Assembly: GCA_951406725.2 (NCBI GenBank)
Contig: OX597815.1
Location: 88,474,001-88,538,000 of the forward strand
Reading direction: 5' to 3'
Source: Octopus vulgaris
Lineage: Eukaryota
Length of the DNA: 64,000 nt
Below the pieces are notes generated by a model that was not told the origin of the DNA, made no database searches, and worked only from the letters and a program-made list of their open reading frames with translations. Made by a program: the position numbers and the translations under genes. Below are positions 1 through 14,319 of the stretch, one piece after another (position 1 is the first letter of the stretch; every line of letters begins with the position of its first letter).

Positions 1-339
1 TGCCTTTCAATAACATCAATATCGAGTTACTGAGCATTTCGAAAGATGATCAGAAATTATAACTATAGCGTACATAAGCTTCTGCTTAGGTACCTAAATG
101 TTTTCTAGGGGAATTAAGAAGAGCAGTCAACAATCACTGAAACAATCAGTCACAACACTTGCCCTCTTTTTCTGCACATCAAAAGCAGAGAATATATTTA
201 CATTCTTGTACTTGTCTCACAGCTAAGCGTTCTAATATCTGAATTTATATCTTAAGCCTCTTGATTAACATTCTGTTGTTCCTGACTTTAAGGGTATCGC
301 GAAAGGCTTGATTGAGGTTCAAGCTTACGAATACTTTTA

Positions 340-472
340 TAGGGCTTAGAAAAACTGAAGGACCGCTATAATAAGTGTGTGCATCTGAGAGGGGAATATG
401 TTGAATAAAATCACAATTAACTGATCCTCCTGTATTTTCTTTTACTCAAAGCCAGGAACTTTTTAGCACTCT
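340..472 (+). mobile_element. Mariner transposon 3' remnant
   Basis: Reads GLEKLKDRYNKCVHLRGEYVE*, a typical mariner transposase C-terminus, followed by a TIR-like end (ccaggaactttttagcac). Confidence 0.75.
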
Positions 473-853
473 GTGACACTGAGTGTGTGTGTGTGTACGC
501 GCATATATATATATATATACCCAGTGAGCCGTCAAAAGCCCAAACATCGAAATTAAAGATACCAACTACAATAATAACTTAATTTATGACTAATAAATCG
601 AGTGAATACTGTATATTAATGATTACGAAAAGAAGCCGAGTATGTCTTCTCTGAGGAGCAATGGAATCTTAAACCGGTCCGCCTGGAGACTCCGCTTTTC
701 CACACGTCAAAAGTGCAGAAAGATTGTACTTGCGTTATTCTATTTCTCTCATAGCTAAGCTTTCTAATAACCATTATTTCAGTTCTTCTGACTCACGATG
801 TCTTGTGCATAATATATACGTGTGCATATTTAGCACTCACCTACGTATAGATG

Positions 854-1747
854 GAATCTTTATTATGATCAGGACGATCTTATACAGAATGGGACAGCAC
901 GGGACAAACAAAAACAAAAATGTTCGTATATCATTTAAAAATTTACTAAAATATATTTTATACACGGTTAATTTAACCTTAGACTAGAACTTTTTTTTTT
1001 AACACAAGAAAACAAAGCAAGAAAACGAATAAAAAGATTGAACCCGGCAGCCTATAAGGCCCAGCAACTTTCTTTTCCTTTCGTCAATGATTAAGCTGGG
1101 TTACTAACACCCACCTTTCTCATCACATCCTTCCATCGTTTCTCGTATTCTCTCGGTGGCAGGGTCTTCCTCTCCAACCCAATCTTGCTCTTCAGATGGT
1201 ATCTGAAGTAAGACGGCAAACCGGGGCCAGAGATGAAGGACCTTTTCACAGAAACTTCCATTCTCGTTCTCCACACACAATCTTTCAGTACTGCAACCGT
1301 ACAGTAAAAACATGTCTTACCTTCCATTGTGAGTCCAGTTGGCGGTATCATCTTTATTATAGATTCAGCTGACAGCTGTACTCGCCCCAAATGCGACAGC
1401 ACGTGTTCGACGTAACTTATCAAGCTGGCTAGCTCTCGACATTGTACAATAGCGTGCTGGACAGTTTCATTGTCCAGCCCGCATCTTGGACACGTCGGTG
1501 ACACTGGTATTCCGTGCCTGGATAACTTATCTCGAACAGGTAAAGCGTTCCTATAACACTGCCAGGTCAGGGATTTTTGGAAGTTATCCAAATATCCCGG
1601 CCTGAAAGTTTTTTTGAACAGGTTGGCAAGTTGGTTCTCATCGAACCCCAGAGCCCCTCCTAGTACGTTATCGTTTTTTGCCTCTACTAGCCCTCTATAG
1701 AACACCGAAATGGTATTCCCACTGCCAGCTTTGCCCGTCTTGTGGAT
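854..1747 (-). mobile_element. 5'-truncated Tx1/L1-like LINE (ORF2 C-terminus plus 3' UTR)
   Basis: ORF 1091-1774 has a zf-RVT-type motif (LPVRDKL..CPRC..ETVQHAIVQC). The minus strand ends ...GTCCC..AATAAAGA. Flanked by an 18-bp TSD ctca[c/t]ctacgtatagatg at 836-853 and 1748-1765 (1 mismatch). Confidence 0.9.
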
Positions 1748-1797
1748 CTCATCTACGTATAGATGTACCCACAATCATTGTATGTGCTTAAATATTG

Positions 1798-1836
<39 letters not shown>

Positions 1837-1958
1837 TATATAATTGAAACATCTACTTCTTTTGTCTCGTACTCAACACACCAAATTCAATTAACACGCA
1901 CGAAATAAAGAACGCCTTCATTTAAATATTCAAACACGTATGGTTGCAATTGTATGCG

Positions 1959-2140
1959 TATATATATATATATATATATATATACATACACACATTTATA
2001 TACACACACAACATATATACACACGTATATATATACACACACAACATATATACACACGTATATATATATACACACAACATATATACACACGTATATATAT
2101 ATACACACATATATACACATATATATACACACATATATAC

Positions 2141-2172
<32 letters not shown>

Positions 2173-2407
2173 ACACATATATATATACATACATATATAT
2201 ACACATATATATATACATACATATATATACACATATATATATACATACATATATATACACATATATATATACATACATATATATACACATATATATATAC
2301 ATACATATATATACACACATATATGTATACATGCATATATATACACACATATATATACACACATATGTATACATACATATATATACACACATATATGTAT
2401 ACATATT

Positions 2408-2449
<42 letters not shown>

Positions 2450-2488
2450 CTTGTATGCATGTATATATATTTATTATACATACATACA
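1959..2488. repeat. Compound (TA)n/(CA)n/(TACA)n micro-minisatellite
   Basis: Directly visible; source of the spurious Y/I/H/T-rich ORFs at 1887-2759. Confidence 0.95.
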
Positions 2489-3072
2489 TGGAGACGAAGA
2501 GAGTTTAAATGAAGATAACCATATTCTCAGCTTTTCCATTAATAGAAGCTACAAAACTCGTCTGATATGGTCACCAGATCCGCTTAGAAGACCTACTGAT
2601 GCCAATAACAGCGTTATCTTACTTAAAGAAAAATCAATGCTAATGCAAACTTTAGAAAAATATAGGATGAAACTAACAGAATATTGGAGATATCAATTGC
2701 AATACTTATTTGTGCAATCATATAGATCTGAAGGACATTTTTCTGAGCTATTTATATAAAAATACTGGAACAACAAGAGAAACGAAACAAAAATATCACT
2801 TATTTAAGTGTGGGATCACGGTTTTTGTTTTACTGATGGGGTCGTAAAGTTGACTCAAGTCAAGTATATAACTGGTACTTATTTTGCCGAATCCTTTGGA
2901 ATGAAAGGCAAAGAGAAACTTAGCGGGAGTTAAAACCACAATATACTGTCAGTTATTATTTTGGTGACCTCAGAGAAATATAAGTTTAAGTCAAATCAGG
3001 AAGATTTGCACTAAGAACGTAAAACCACCATCACTTACTAAGGACTTTTGATATTCAGAAAAATTATATTAG

Positions 3073-3478
3073 TTTCAAATTTCGGTACAGGGCCTGCAAG
3101 TTCGGGGATCGGTCATTTACATCGATGACAGTGTTCAACTGATACTTATTTTATCGATATCGGTAGGACGAAATGCAAAGTCGACTTTAGCGGAATAAAA
3201 ACTTAGAGCGTAAAAACGGACGAAACACCGCTAAGCATTTTGCCTGGCGTGCTAACGATTCTGCCAGCACGCCGCCTTAATCAGAAGAATAATAACAATT
3301 TCAAATTTTGGCACTAAGCGCGCAATTTCAGGGGCGGGGATAAGTCGATTACATCGACCCCAGTGATCAACGTGTACTTATTTTATCGACCCCTAAAGGA
3401 TGAAAGATAAAATCGACCCCGAAGGAATCTGAACTCAGAGTATAAAGACGGACGAATTTTCGCTAAGTATATTGCCTA
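3073..3478 (-). mobile_element. Two head-to-tail copies of tRNA-derived SINE family 1 (tail type A)
   Basis: Reverse complement matches AAGGCGGCGAGCTGGCAGAATCGTTAG...GAGTTCAAATTCC...CCAAAATTTGAAA seen in other copies in the window. Confidence 0.85.
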
Positions 3479-6400
3479 GAGCACTGGAGAAGCCATCGCT
3501 CAGGCGCTTATAGACGACTACGTGACTATGCTCTAACCATCATATATCGTTTATTCCTTTCTGTTTGGCTTACCTGATTTAGTATTAGGTAAGTAGAATG
3601 AGATTGCTATACTGAGTAAAGGGAATAGAATAGCGGCATTAATGTTATTTGAACTTGTGTATCTTTCGTCAAGACCAGGATAACTAAAGTCCCTCAGCAA
3701 ATTGTGTTACATTAACATTAGGTCATCGTTAGATTGAATGTGATAAGAATGTAAAAAAATATGACTTCTCACACCTCACAGTATTAACTGAAAATTCATA
3801 AGGTATCATAGGATGAAATTTGCGTTGTATGAAGTAAGTGGCTGCACTTTGGCTGATAAAAATTAAACTTAGGTTTCGCAGGCCAAATCAATATAGCTGT
3901 ATATATACCTCGTAGAAAAGAACAGTAAAATTCAGACGGTGTTGTTGATTGCGCATTATTTTAACTTCCGATCACTTTCAGTATAAAGTTCTACACAATA
4001 GTCACCCTCTTGTACTGCGTCATCATAATCGTATGGTTTGGGATAGTTTCAGGTTTTGATGTAGAACTAAAAGGAATACGTTTCGGATATATTTCCCGAA
4101 ATTTTAAGTCTTCTACCTTAAACTTAGTTCATGTCCTAGCTAACCATGTATTTTATGTAGTTTGTACATGCACAGACACACAACGATGCCTTAAACAGCT
4201 GAGAATTTGATTTGGCAAAGTCAAGGTGACACACCTCATCTAATGATACAATGACTGACTGCAACACAGAGTTATACACTAAGGTACATCTGTTGAGATG
4301 CTCTCTGATGCAAGGACCAGACACTTGTGTATGCAAAGTACAATGAAGAAAAGTTTTCTGAATGAAGATGTGTCGATAATGAGATCACATTCTTCCAAGC
4401 ATGCATATTCTCAAAAACAAGAAATCTCGAAAATATCGCACGATTCAACTGCATCGAAAGAAAAAAAGAAAATATTTATTTCAAGAAAACAAACCTATCT
4501 TAAAGAAATAAACTATACTTCTTTCACATAGCCATTTTGTACCAGAAAAACAAAAAATTAAGTTTCTTTTCCAGGATTAGAGAACTTTCCAAATCCTGCA
4601 CTAAACACGCCGGCTAACTCTCTGAATTATTCCTACCTACGTCTTCAACCATAGAGATACAAATAAATATTAAAAGCACCATTTTAGTCTAGAACTGTCT
4701 GCAAAACACACATTGGGAAATAATATTTATCATAGAGTTGACTAACAGTGTCTTGTTTATCACTGGGTTAAAGAATAAAACAGTAATCTCAACTCTGAAC
4801 ACTCGTCTCTTAGACTAAACACAAATGCATCCGTAGCAGACTTATACTTGTGCTCACACAAGGCCTGTGCAACAAACATTAACTGCTAAGTATTCAAACT
4901 GAACATTCACTTAATGAAGCTCATTAACTGTTCCCGTTTCACAATAATAATTAACCTGGAAAGAGTATGATTAGTACCTGTATTCCCCTAACTTATACAA
5001 AATTAAAGACTGTGTGTCTGGAATACTCACAGACTAAGCGTATGTAGTTCTACAAAATTGAGTATTATTGTAATAAAACAAAAAAAAAGCTGTGTTGTAT
5101 ATTATTTTATATAGACAATTCTATTGTACGTCACTAGAGTTTTGTGTTTATGGTAATTCAACATAATTTATAGAAACACGCACAACACATACACACTCCG
5201 TTATTGAATTATATTGAAATTAAATGAATAATAAATGCCACAAATTTTCTTCACTTAAATATTCATGCTAAACACGCATATTTTATCTATCCAACCGGAC
5301 CATTACGAACACGCACACACACTTCAATATAGGAAATGTTTACTGAGATGATTTTCAGACGATTATACTAACTGCAGTGCTTCCTGGGAAGCCAAATTGA
5401 AAATGGTGGAATTTGAACACTAATTATTTAAGATTCATCTCTTTACATTTTAAGCCACTTTGTCCACCAGTCTTCCAATTCTCCCGATCCTTGTTCTAAA
5501 GTGTACTAATATTTAAAGAATATTTTTAAATGGCCGATTTAAATACATCAGAGGTTCAACACTAAGTGATAGTCTTACTGACCGAAAAAGACCAACAATT
5601 TAATCTAAAATTCCGAGTTAAGACATTATGGATTTGATTGTTCACTAAACGTGACAGACACTTAGTCTGATGGAATTACTACACTTACCATTATCAACAA
5701 TCACTTGTACCAATACTACTATATCTTCCAAATCAGGAAACTTGGCAAAAACAAGAATTTTTACGCTCCCTCACGTCTCACCAAATTAAGATCATCAGCC
5801 CATCACTATTCTATTCTAAAAAGACAAAATCTCATCACCGACATCACTAGTAAGCCTTAATCTGCATTTAACGATCTTCAACACAAACCTAACACGGAGG
5901 CGAGGTGACGGATTTAACAAGAAGAAAATTACACGCACTATTTTATTGCACCGTCGACACAAGTAAGACAACTCTGTTCCCCGCAGTGAAATTGCATACA
6001 TAAAATATTCGATATCTTCTTAAGAAACAATAAACAGGCGGCAAGTAAACCCTGTATCAGGTCGACAAGCCAACGTATAAAAACAACACTTTAAAAAATT
6101 TTTAATTTCTCGAAAAGAATACCACAAGGATTCCCCCTTTTTAAACCTATATCTACACGGCTAAAACTCACCTCGAAATATACAATACCTCATACGCAAA
6201 TGATATTTCGAATCTTTCTCACAATTCTCCAGTCACCTGCTCAATTACTGAAATACTACATAAATTATTTTAAAATTTGGTTCCAAAATAAATTGGTGAC
6301 AGTTGCCACCAAATCCACTGAGAACATTAAGTACTGCCACTCAACAGCATAAACAGGTGACAAAAATACGAGTTCCATGCAGTACCGCCACGAAATTAAC

Positions 6401-7065
6401 AGTATATACAGAAAACACGCTAAAAAAACAGAAAAACAAGGCACATGCGTAGAGCATACATCTCATTTAGCTAATATAAAGGAATAATTGTAGATAAATA
6501 ATACATTATATCTTGTATGGATTTTAGCCAACTCCACAGAGAATCCAAATCTCTGCAACACATTACAATAAACTCTACCACAAAACAACGTACATATCAC
6601 TGATGGCACAAAGCTTTGCCCATAAACTCAAAGAAACACACACTATATGAAAGAAAAAAAGGCATGAGTGGGGAAGGCTTTGCCGCAGCAAACTCCAATC
6701 CCATCGTTTCTTGCTATTTATGAAAAATACCGCGAAACAATTTATCCACAACACCACTACAACAGCATTTAAAAAATCTCTCTCTCTCAGCTCAGACAAA
6801 CACATCAAAAAGCTGCAATAACATCAATCCTAAGTACTGCTCTAGAATGCACACCACCAATGTTAAGTGCGGAGTAATAGTGAGTGTAGTGCTCTGCTAG
6901 TCGATATCACCCGCTTCTGTTGTGGCCACCACCAGAATATGTAGTCGAGACAGTAAAGAAAATAAGTATTCAGACTTCCACTCTACACGTTACATGATTC
7001 CTCTCTGACTGTTAGAGTGTGATCGGGTTAAAAAAACCGACTTAGGGTTACACAACTATCTAGAA

Positions 7066-7418
7066 TAAAAGTTTTCAACCCATTTTGACCAACGGCGGCC
7101 CCCTTTTGACTCTTGGAGTTACAAATGAGCGCCCTAGAAAATATTTTTATTTTCCAGTATACTACTTATTTTTATAACAGCAGAAAATGATTAAAAAGTA
7201 AGGGACATCATTTTACATATGTGCTTGTACGCAGTCGGAAGTACAGATGTATGATTCGAAATAATAAATTGAAAGTTCGGTAATTGCGTTTATTTCCACC
7301 ATGCAACACTTATGAGATCAACGTGTTTTCTATCCCCTTTGCTCAAAAACGTCCTCTTCGAGCTCCAAATGCTCCCCTCCCTGGGGGTGGGGCATATGGC
7401 CCCTGTTGAGAACCTTTT
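7066..7418. mobile_element. hAT (Charlie-like) MITE
   Basis: Degenerate TIRs (taaaagttttcaac / gttgagaacctttt). 8-bp TSD atctagaa at 7058-7065 and 7419-7426, matching the NTCTAGAN Charlie target. Confidence 0.75.
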
Positions 7419-9793
7419 ATCTAGAATAATAGTGAAAATAGCAACAAATCTTCCTCAAAATTCTCTCTACTGTTTTATAAATACAGGTCAATGAAAAATG
7501 TAGTCCTGGATACCTAATGCATGAGTCAGCTTGAGTGCTGGAATACTTTTGATCAGATACAACCTAGTATTAAATGATTACTCCAGCAATTGCTAAGTGT
7601 GTAGGTAATTTATTGCAATTCAGTAACCGATTAATACAGCTCTGGAGTATTGATATTTTCAAATATGACAACGTTTGAAGCGTAGAGTATAAAGGAATAT
7701 CCAAATATGATGCTTTTAAATTTTATGCTGATGTGAGGGCGGTGGAGTCAGAATCAGAAAAGAGACGAATTAAACACATCACGTTCTGAGTTCAAATACA
7801 ACCAAGATTGATATTTTATTTTATCGATACCATAAGGATGAAAGGAAAAACCAGTCATGGGCTCATACTTATTTCTCCGATTTTATAGCCTTACGGCTAT
7901 GTTAGAAACCATATTTGTAGTTATCTACATCATTTGAATTATGTAACTTGGGTCGAATATCACATATGACATTATTCGACATGCTTATATTACAACGTTG
8001 GAAAAATGCAGGTTGCTTAGGGGAAAGTAACAAGAAATTTATACATTTTTGCATCTTGCCAGTGATTTAACTCTAGAAAGTGTTATGTAAGCAATCAAGA
8101 AACAAGCATAACAAAATATTTTGACTACTCGCTTATTTCGGATGACCACTGAGACATCCACCGAAATACGTAAGGGAAACGAAGAACATTTCTATGCTGG
8201 CATATTTTCAGAAAAAAAAAGAGAGACTGCAACGAGAGAAAAGGTGATGTTTAATTAGTATTGGGGAAAAATATGAAATCTCGGAGATTAGGTGTAGCAA
8301 ATATGCAAAGAAAAACTGGTTCATGGAATAGCTTAAGGTAGGGTCAGTCGGTATTGTATAAAATAAAAACTTGAGAGTGCATAACGATAATAGAGGTGAT
8401 TACAACCCAACTTTGACGGAATATCATTGTTGTTGTTTACCCCAGGACACTCCCTATTTGGACAAACATGATAAAAAGACGATCCAGTGGTGTCCATACC
8501 ATAATTTTTCTAATAGTATATCTAGTGCTACATTATCTCGTCGCTATTTCTTTTTTGTAAGATAATGTGTTAATTTGAGGAAGACTTAGTTAATAATTTA
8601 AGAGGCCAAACGACCACAGAGACTCGAGCTTTAACAAGGATTGATATTATTTGCAAACGGTGGTGAGGGCTATTAAGTAAAAGGTAAAATCGTAGTGAAC
8701 CGAAATTACAACCTAAAACGTTTCTCTTAAATTACCTCAGTGGGAAAAATTCTAACTCTTGATCCTCCGCCAAAACAGATATGAATATCACACAAACACA
8801 TTTTCTAATCATAACTAAGTTTTAAAAAATCAGATATTTGTAAAATAAAAGAATTTATTGAACAACCAGAAGGTAGAAAGAATGAGCAGTAACCTACATT
8901 TGAAATACGATCTCAGTCCTGTATGGCATTTAATTCTAATACTTTGTAAGTAATATTAATGATTAGAAAGATTAATTTTACATCATATATAAAGAGAAAG
9001 AGAGAGAGAAGTGGACAAACATCTTCAGCTTATCATTTATTGCTTAGTCGTATTTGACAGAAATGAAATTTAAGCATTGAAAGATGTAATTTTCCAACTC
9101 ATAATTTCTGTCTGAGACCACTTGCATGGCATCTGTTATCTTTGCCTATTCCAGAAAACAGGAACTATGCTTAATACTATTCTTTTCAAATAGGTTAACT
9201 TATAATAGTATATTCGTTAGCTGGTATTATATTTATCTTGAGATTCAATACGATATTATAAACAACGAAAACAAAAATACATAAACAAAACAAAAAGAAG
9301 CGGATTTGTTCAAAAGAAAAATCTACTTTAATCAAAGCCATAAAACATCTGAATTTTTTTAAATATCTTTTATCCCCTCGTCATCCACAACACAACCGTT
9401 ATTATTTTCTTTCAATGTAAAAGGAAAAGATACGAAAGAATTCAATTTAATTATGCTACCCATACATTTTTAAATTGACTTTCTTTTGACAACACACAAT
9501 GTCAAATTTTGTAAGGGAACAAGTTTTAAACGAGAGAATAGCACCCAGTAGGCTATTGGTTCTTACTTTATCGATCCGCGAGGGATGATAGTTTAACTAG
9601 GTCACAGCAGTATCTCAAATTAAATAGCATAAAACATTTATTTGGGTACATTATCATTGATTTCTTACATGACACAAAGCCACTCATTCAATGACAAAAG
9701 AAAACATCGATTTAGTTGAAGATTTATATCTTCTGGTATTTCCTTCTACCCTCTTCAAGACATTGGACCATCCTTTTGACGGTTTCAGTTGTA

Positions 9794-11522
9794 CGACGGT
9801 AGGCTGAAAAGTTCATAAGCTGAACAAGGTTTTCTCAACAAGGAATGTGACCAAATGAGGTTTATTTCTCACCCTAGCGATCCACATAATTTTTCCATCG
9901 GCTTTGCAGTGCTTGGATCCCAATGGTGATGAAGCTTTTATCATGTTGGTCAAAAAAGCCATCAACAACAGATATGATGTCATCATCACTGCAGTAGTGA
10001 ATTCTAGCCAAGTGTTTCTACATGTTGGGGAACAGATGATAGTCAGATGGGGCTAAATTGAGAGAATAGGCAGGGTGACCAGCAAGTTCAAAGTCACAGT
10101 CACGCACAGCAGAACTTGAGTGCTGGAGAATTGTCCCGATGAAACAAAACCGCCTTCTTCAGTTTTCTTGGGCGTTTGGTCTTGATAGCTTTTCTTAACT
10201 GCTTCAGCAAGTTGACATAGTACTTTGTATTGATGGTGAAGCCCTTTTCAAGATGGCCAATAAACGCACTGCCTTTTGCATCCCCCAAAGACCGAGGTCA
10301 TCACTTTCTCTGCAGATGAAACGACCTTCACACAATGTCAAGTTTTCCTGCGGTATGGTTAGCCTGGTGCATTTTTGATCAGATGTTAGAAGACGTGGCA
10401 TCCACCGAGCGCATATCACAGATGGCTCAAAGCTTTACCCATAAACTCAAAGAAACACACTATATGAAAGAAAAAAGACATGAGTGGGAAAGATTTTCCC
10501 GCAGCAAACTCCAATCCCATCGTTTCTTGCTATTGTATGAAAAATACCGCGAAACATTAATTTATTCACAACACCACTACAACAGCATTCGTCATGGCAA
10601 GTTCATTGCGCAGAATATTCTCCACTTTCTCACGAGATATGCCAATAGCATTGGCTATTTGATTTATAGTCAATCGCCCGTAATCCCTCCCCATGAGATG
10701 AACACGATCAAATGTTTCTTAGGTGGTGACAGTTGTGGGACGTCTAGACATTGGGTCATCTTCAAGACTTCCCCTTCCCCTCCTAAATTCAGCAGTCCAC
10801 TTTTGCATTGTTGATAAAGCTGGAGCTTCAATCCCCTAGTGGAGGAACCATGTCAGCATGAATGAGTGATTACATCACAATACCCACTTTTGTCCATTTT
10901 CAAGAGAAGTGCTACTACAGTAATCATTCGCCATATCGCGCCCTCAGTGCATCGCGGATGTAAATTTATATCGCGGACTGCAGCCGATATTTATATTTTC
11001 TTCAGATGTTAACTAATTCTGTGGTAAAATAAGCCTTTTCGTAGCTAAAAATTAATAAATTAATATATAAAAATACAGTACAGTACTGCACTGTATAACA
11101 CAAAATATGTTTAAGGAAAATTCGTAGTGTATCATAGTTGAGTAAACAAAGAATTGCACTTTCTGTATGGGAAACGAAACTCCTAAGAGTGTGGGAAGAG
11201 TCTATAAAAGCTTAAATATATAAAAATAAAATAGATATAAACAATTTATAAAAATAATTAAAAATATATACAGTACAGTACTGTTTCTACTTAGCGGATT
11301 TTCACCTATCGCGGGGGTGGGGGGTTTGGAACGTAACACCCGCGATAATCGAGGGATTACTGTAGTTACTTTTGAAGTCTTCTCTGAACAGTCAGATGTC
11401 AGTTTAACTGGAAAGAGAGTGAAGTTATTACTAAAAACAAGTTGAAATTAATGCATGCAAGATTCCACAGCTCTGACATCACTCTTTCATAGTTAACCTA
11501 TGAACTTCTCAGTCCACCTTCG
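9794..11522 (-). mobile_element. Decayed full-length mariner element with two internal insertions
   Basis: TIRs cgacggtaggctgaaaagttcata / tatgaacttctcagtccaccttcg, with TA on the left. Transposase fragments ARWMPRLLT, GFTINTKYYVNLLKQLRKAIKTKRP..VLFHRDNSPA. Confidence 0.92.
10918..11362. mobile_element. pogo/Tigger-like MITE nested in the mariner
   Basis: TIRs cagtaatcattcgccatatcgcg / cgcgataatcgagggattactg. TA TSD at 10916-17 and 11363-64; the mariner sequence resumes on both sides. Confidence 0.88.
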
Positions 11523-11604
11523 TGCGTCATTGTTTTCTATAAGAAACTGCTAGAACCTCACTGCATGTAATTTCCTGCGAATCTTCACGTGCAAATTGCG
11601 CTTT

Positions 11605-11607
<3 letters not shown>

Positions 11608-11670
<63 letters not shown>
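11608..11670. repeat. (GA)n microsatellite
   Basis: Directly visible. Confidence 0.98.
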
Positions 11671-11672
<2 letters not shown>

Positions 11673-12065
11673 GGCTCAGAACTTGGCTGGTATTTTATCA
11701 ACCACAGAACAGTGAACTACTTCACTGGCCGCAGCGGGGTTTGAATTCAGATCGCAGACAACTGAAATAAATACTCACCAAGCATTCTACCCGACACCAC
11801 AACAACTTTGGCAATATGCTTACTTAATATAAGTTGTATTATTTTATCGATCATGGATATACAAAAATCAAAGTTGATCCCGGTAAGATTTGAACATAAC
11901 GATATGGAATAGTACATCATTAGCTTTTTAACTACAAATGAGGAAATAAAATTAGGTACTTTAAAAGGCGAGATAGATTTTTAAGGACAAAGTGGACTTG
12001 TAAATTTGTTCAACTTACAATATAAGATAAATATGATATTAACAGTGTTTCTGAAAATCACACAC

Positions 12066-12133
<68 letters not shown>

Positions 12134-14174
12134 GAGAAAGAGAATCTGATTGTAAGACAGCAAAATAGTAGGAAACTGCAAGCCACCAATCATGTAAATT
12201 TTGTCTAATCTATCACTGTACACAGAAACAAACTCATGATGTTGATAGAAAGTTGAAATAGCCATACAATATGGTGTTGATGACTGTATCACAAAATCTA
12301 CTGAGATAAATCTGAGACAGAAAGATTAAGACTTGCATATGCTATTTTCTGATTAATTGCTTTCTTACACGGACACAGAACTCAGGGAAAGTACATAAGA
12401 TAGTGTGACATCCATGTATTCCGAAGATATTAGCATCGCAAGTTAAGTGAAATGAAAAGATTATACCACGAATACAGAACCAGTTCCTAGACTAAATACA
12501 TTAGGAGTATTAAAGAGCTATCTATGCTAATAAGCCGAAGTTGTTAAGAAGGTTAAATCCTTCGATTCACTGGAAATACATAGTTTATGACAAGAAGTTC
12601 TTTTAATAAGTAGCTGACAGGCGAGGTTTTTATGAAATTCTGTAGTTTTATTTACAGCATTTAGATTTTGTTATTACTGTAGAGTGACAAAAACAGAAGA
12701 ACGCCAACAAAATGCCTTGTTATGTTCAGTTATATTCCTTTATGTTTAAATTCGCTCTGGTCAACACTGGTGATTTTACAGCTGTTGTTTAGTCCCAGGT
12801 CATCCATAATTGAGCAAGATTGATTAAAGAGATTCAGACTGTGAATCTAGTCTTCATTTTTCTCAAAATATTCAAGATTACATTTTATGTGTCCTTCATT
12901 TTATTTAGACGGTAGAGCATGGTTTGAGCAAGAATGGCTGTCATTTGTAGCAAGTCAACTATGTAGAATCTCTCCCGAAACCGCATTCATTACGTAGTCA
13001 ATAAACTAACTAGCAGTCGAGTGGTGTCAATTTAATCAGCTATATCTCCTCCCCGAACTAGCCCAGCGCCAAAAATTAGAAATTATTAATATTCTTTATC
13101 ATAATTGTTATTGCAATTTCTACATTTTGGGAATATTCTAAGATAAAAATAACAAGTTTAATCCTGTTAATAGTTAGATCGTAATTAACGGAGTTACTGT
13201 ATTAATCACTAAGCATATCTTAATAACAAAGAGTCTCCTTAATGAGAAAGAACAGAGACAATTAGTTTATATTACAATATTCCAATGTGTTTGTAGTGCG
13301 GAAAAATTCTAAAAATCTAAATTAATTATTCATTTCTTATGATGAACGCTCGGTGCAGTGATCAATTCTGCAGCAAAAAATAAATAAATAGTAAAGGGTG
13401 ACCAACTTAGTTTCATTTTACATTAAAATCGTTTACCTTCACCTCTCTAATGGCTCCACCTATCTTACGCAATTAATTCCCTCTTATCTCATGGTTAAAG
13501 GACCGCCACGTTTAATTAACGAAATCGTTCTCTGCGTTCGCTTACTTCAAATATCAGGAAAAATACTGAAAATGTAAACAAAAACTAAAAAATGAAAGTA
13601 AAACTAAAACAAAAATTCCGCAACTCTTTTGGCTTCCATGTTTACACGTAGGAGATCATGATTATCACTATCACACACATGAACAACATCTAGTTGTATG
13701 TCCCCAGGTGATGTGTTATTCACTACAGACAGCCAATGAAATATTTGTTAATTTCAGATTTCTATTATGGCGTGCCTTCTATACTGTGATAGCTACTTAT
13801 AGCCGAATGGACTGGGACAAGAAGATAAATGTCTTGTCTTGGACACCGACCAAACATCTAGCGTTAAGCAATAGTTAAATTTTGACTTCTTGCATTAGCA
13901 CACGTTCACACATTTATAAAATAAGCTACCAAATTTACTACTGACAATGCACAAATATCGGTTGACATCAGAGGGATTTGAGTTCTAACATAGAGGGCCG
14001 GGACTAATAATTGACTTACTGTTTCTACTGCTCAACATTCGAATTGAACTGTATATGATTATTAAATTTTGGTGCCTTTTGACTAAACAGTTTTCATTGA
14101 CGGGAGCAGGAGGTGTAGAGTCAGTATATTTCTGAGACTAATTTTGTTGAGAGGCAAGGGAGAGGGTAAATAAG

Positions 14175-14319
14175 ACTCAACTGATACTTATTTTATCGAC
14201 CCCAAAAGGATGAAAGCAAAGTTGACCTCGGTGGTATTTGAACTCAGAACGTAAAGATGGACGAAATACTGCTGAGCATTTTGTCCGGGGTGCTAACGAT
14301 TCTGCCAACTCACCGCTTT
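14175..14319 (-). mobile_element. SINE family 1, head and body
   Basis: Matches other family 1 copies (ttttatcgacccc..ggatgaaag..gaactcagaacgtaa..gctaacgattctgcca). Confidence 0.85.

Noticed and set aside
991-1000. T10 run as the poly(A) tail of the minus-strand LINE
   Set aside because: The TSD and the shared tail motif place the true 3' end at 854, so the run is internal to the 3' UTR.
1887-2759. Six overlapping 130-271 aa ORFs
   Set aside because: Translations of TA/CA microsatellite; not coding.
4136-4531. Short ORFs on both strands as further host exons
   Set aside because: The splice phase does not fit the upstream exons and no motif is recognisable.
10335-10814. 159-aa plus-strand ORF
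   Set aside because: Antisense of the mariner transposase plus the captured fragment.
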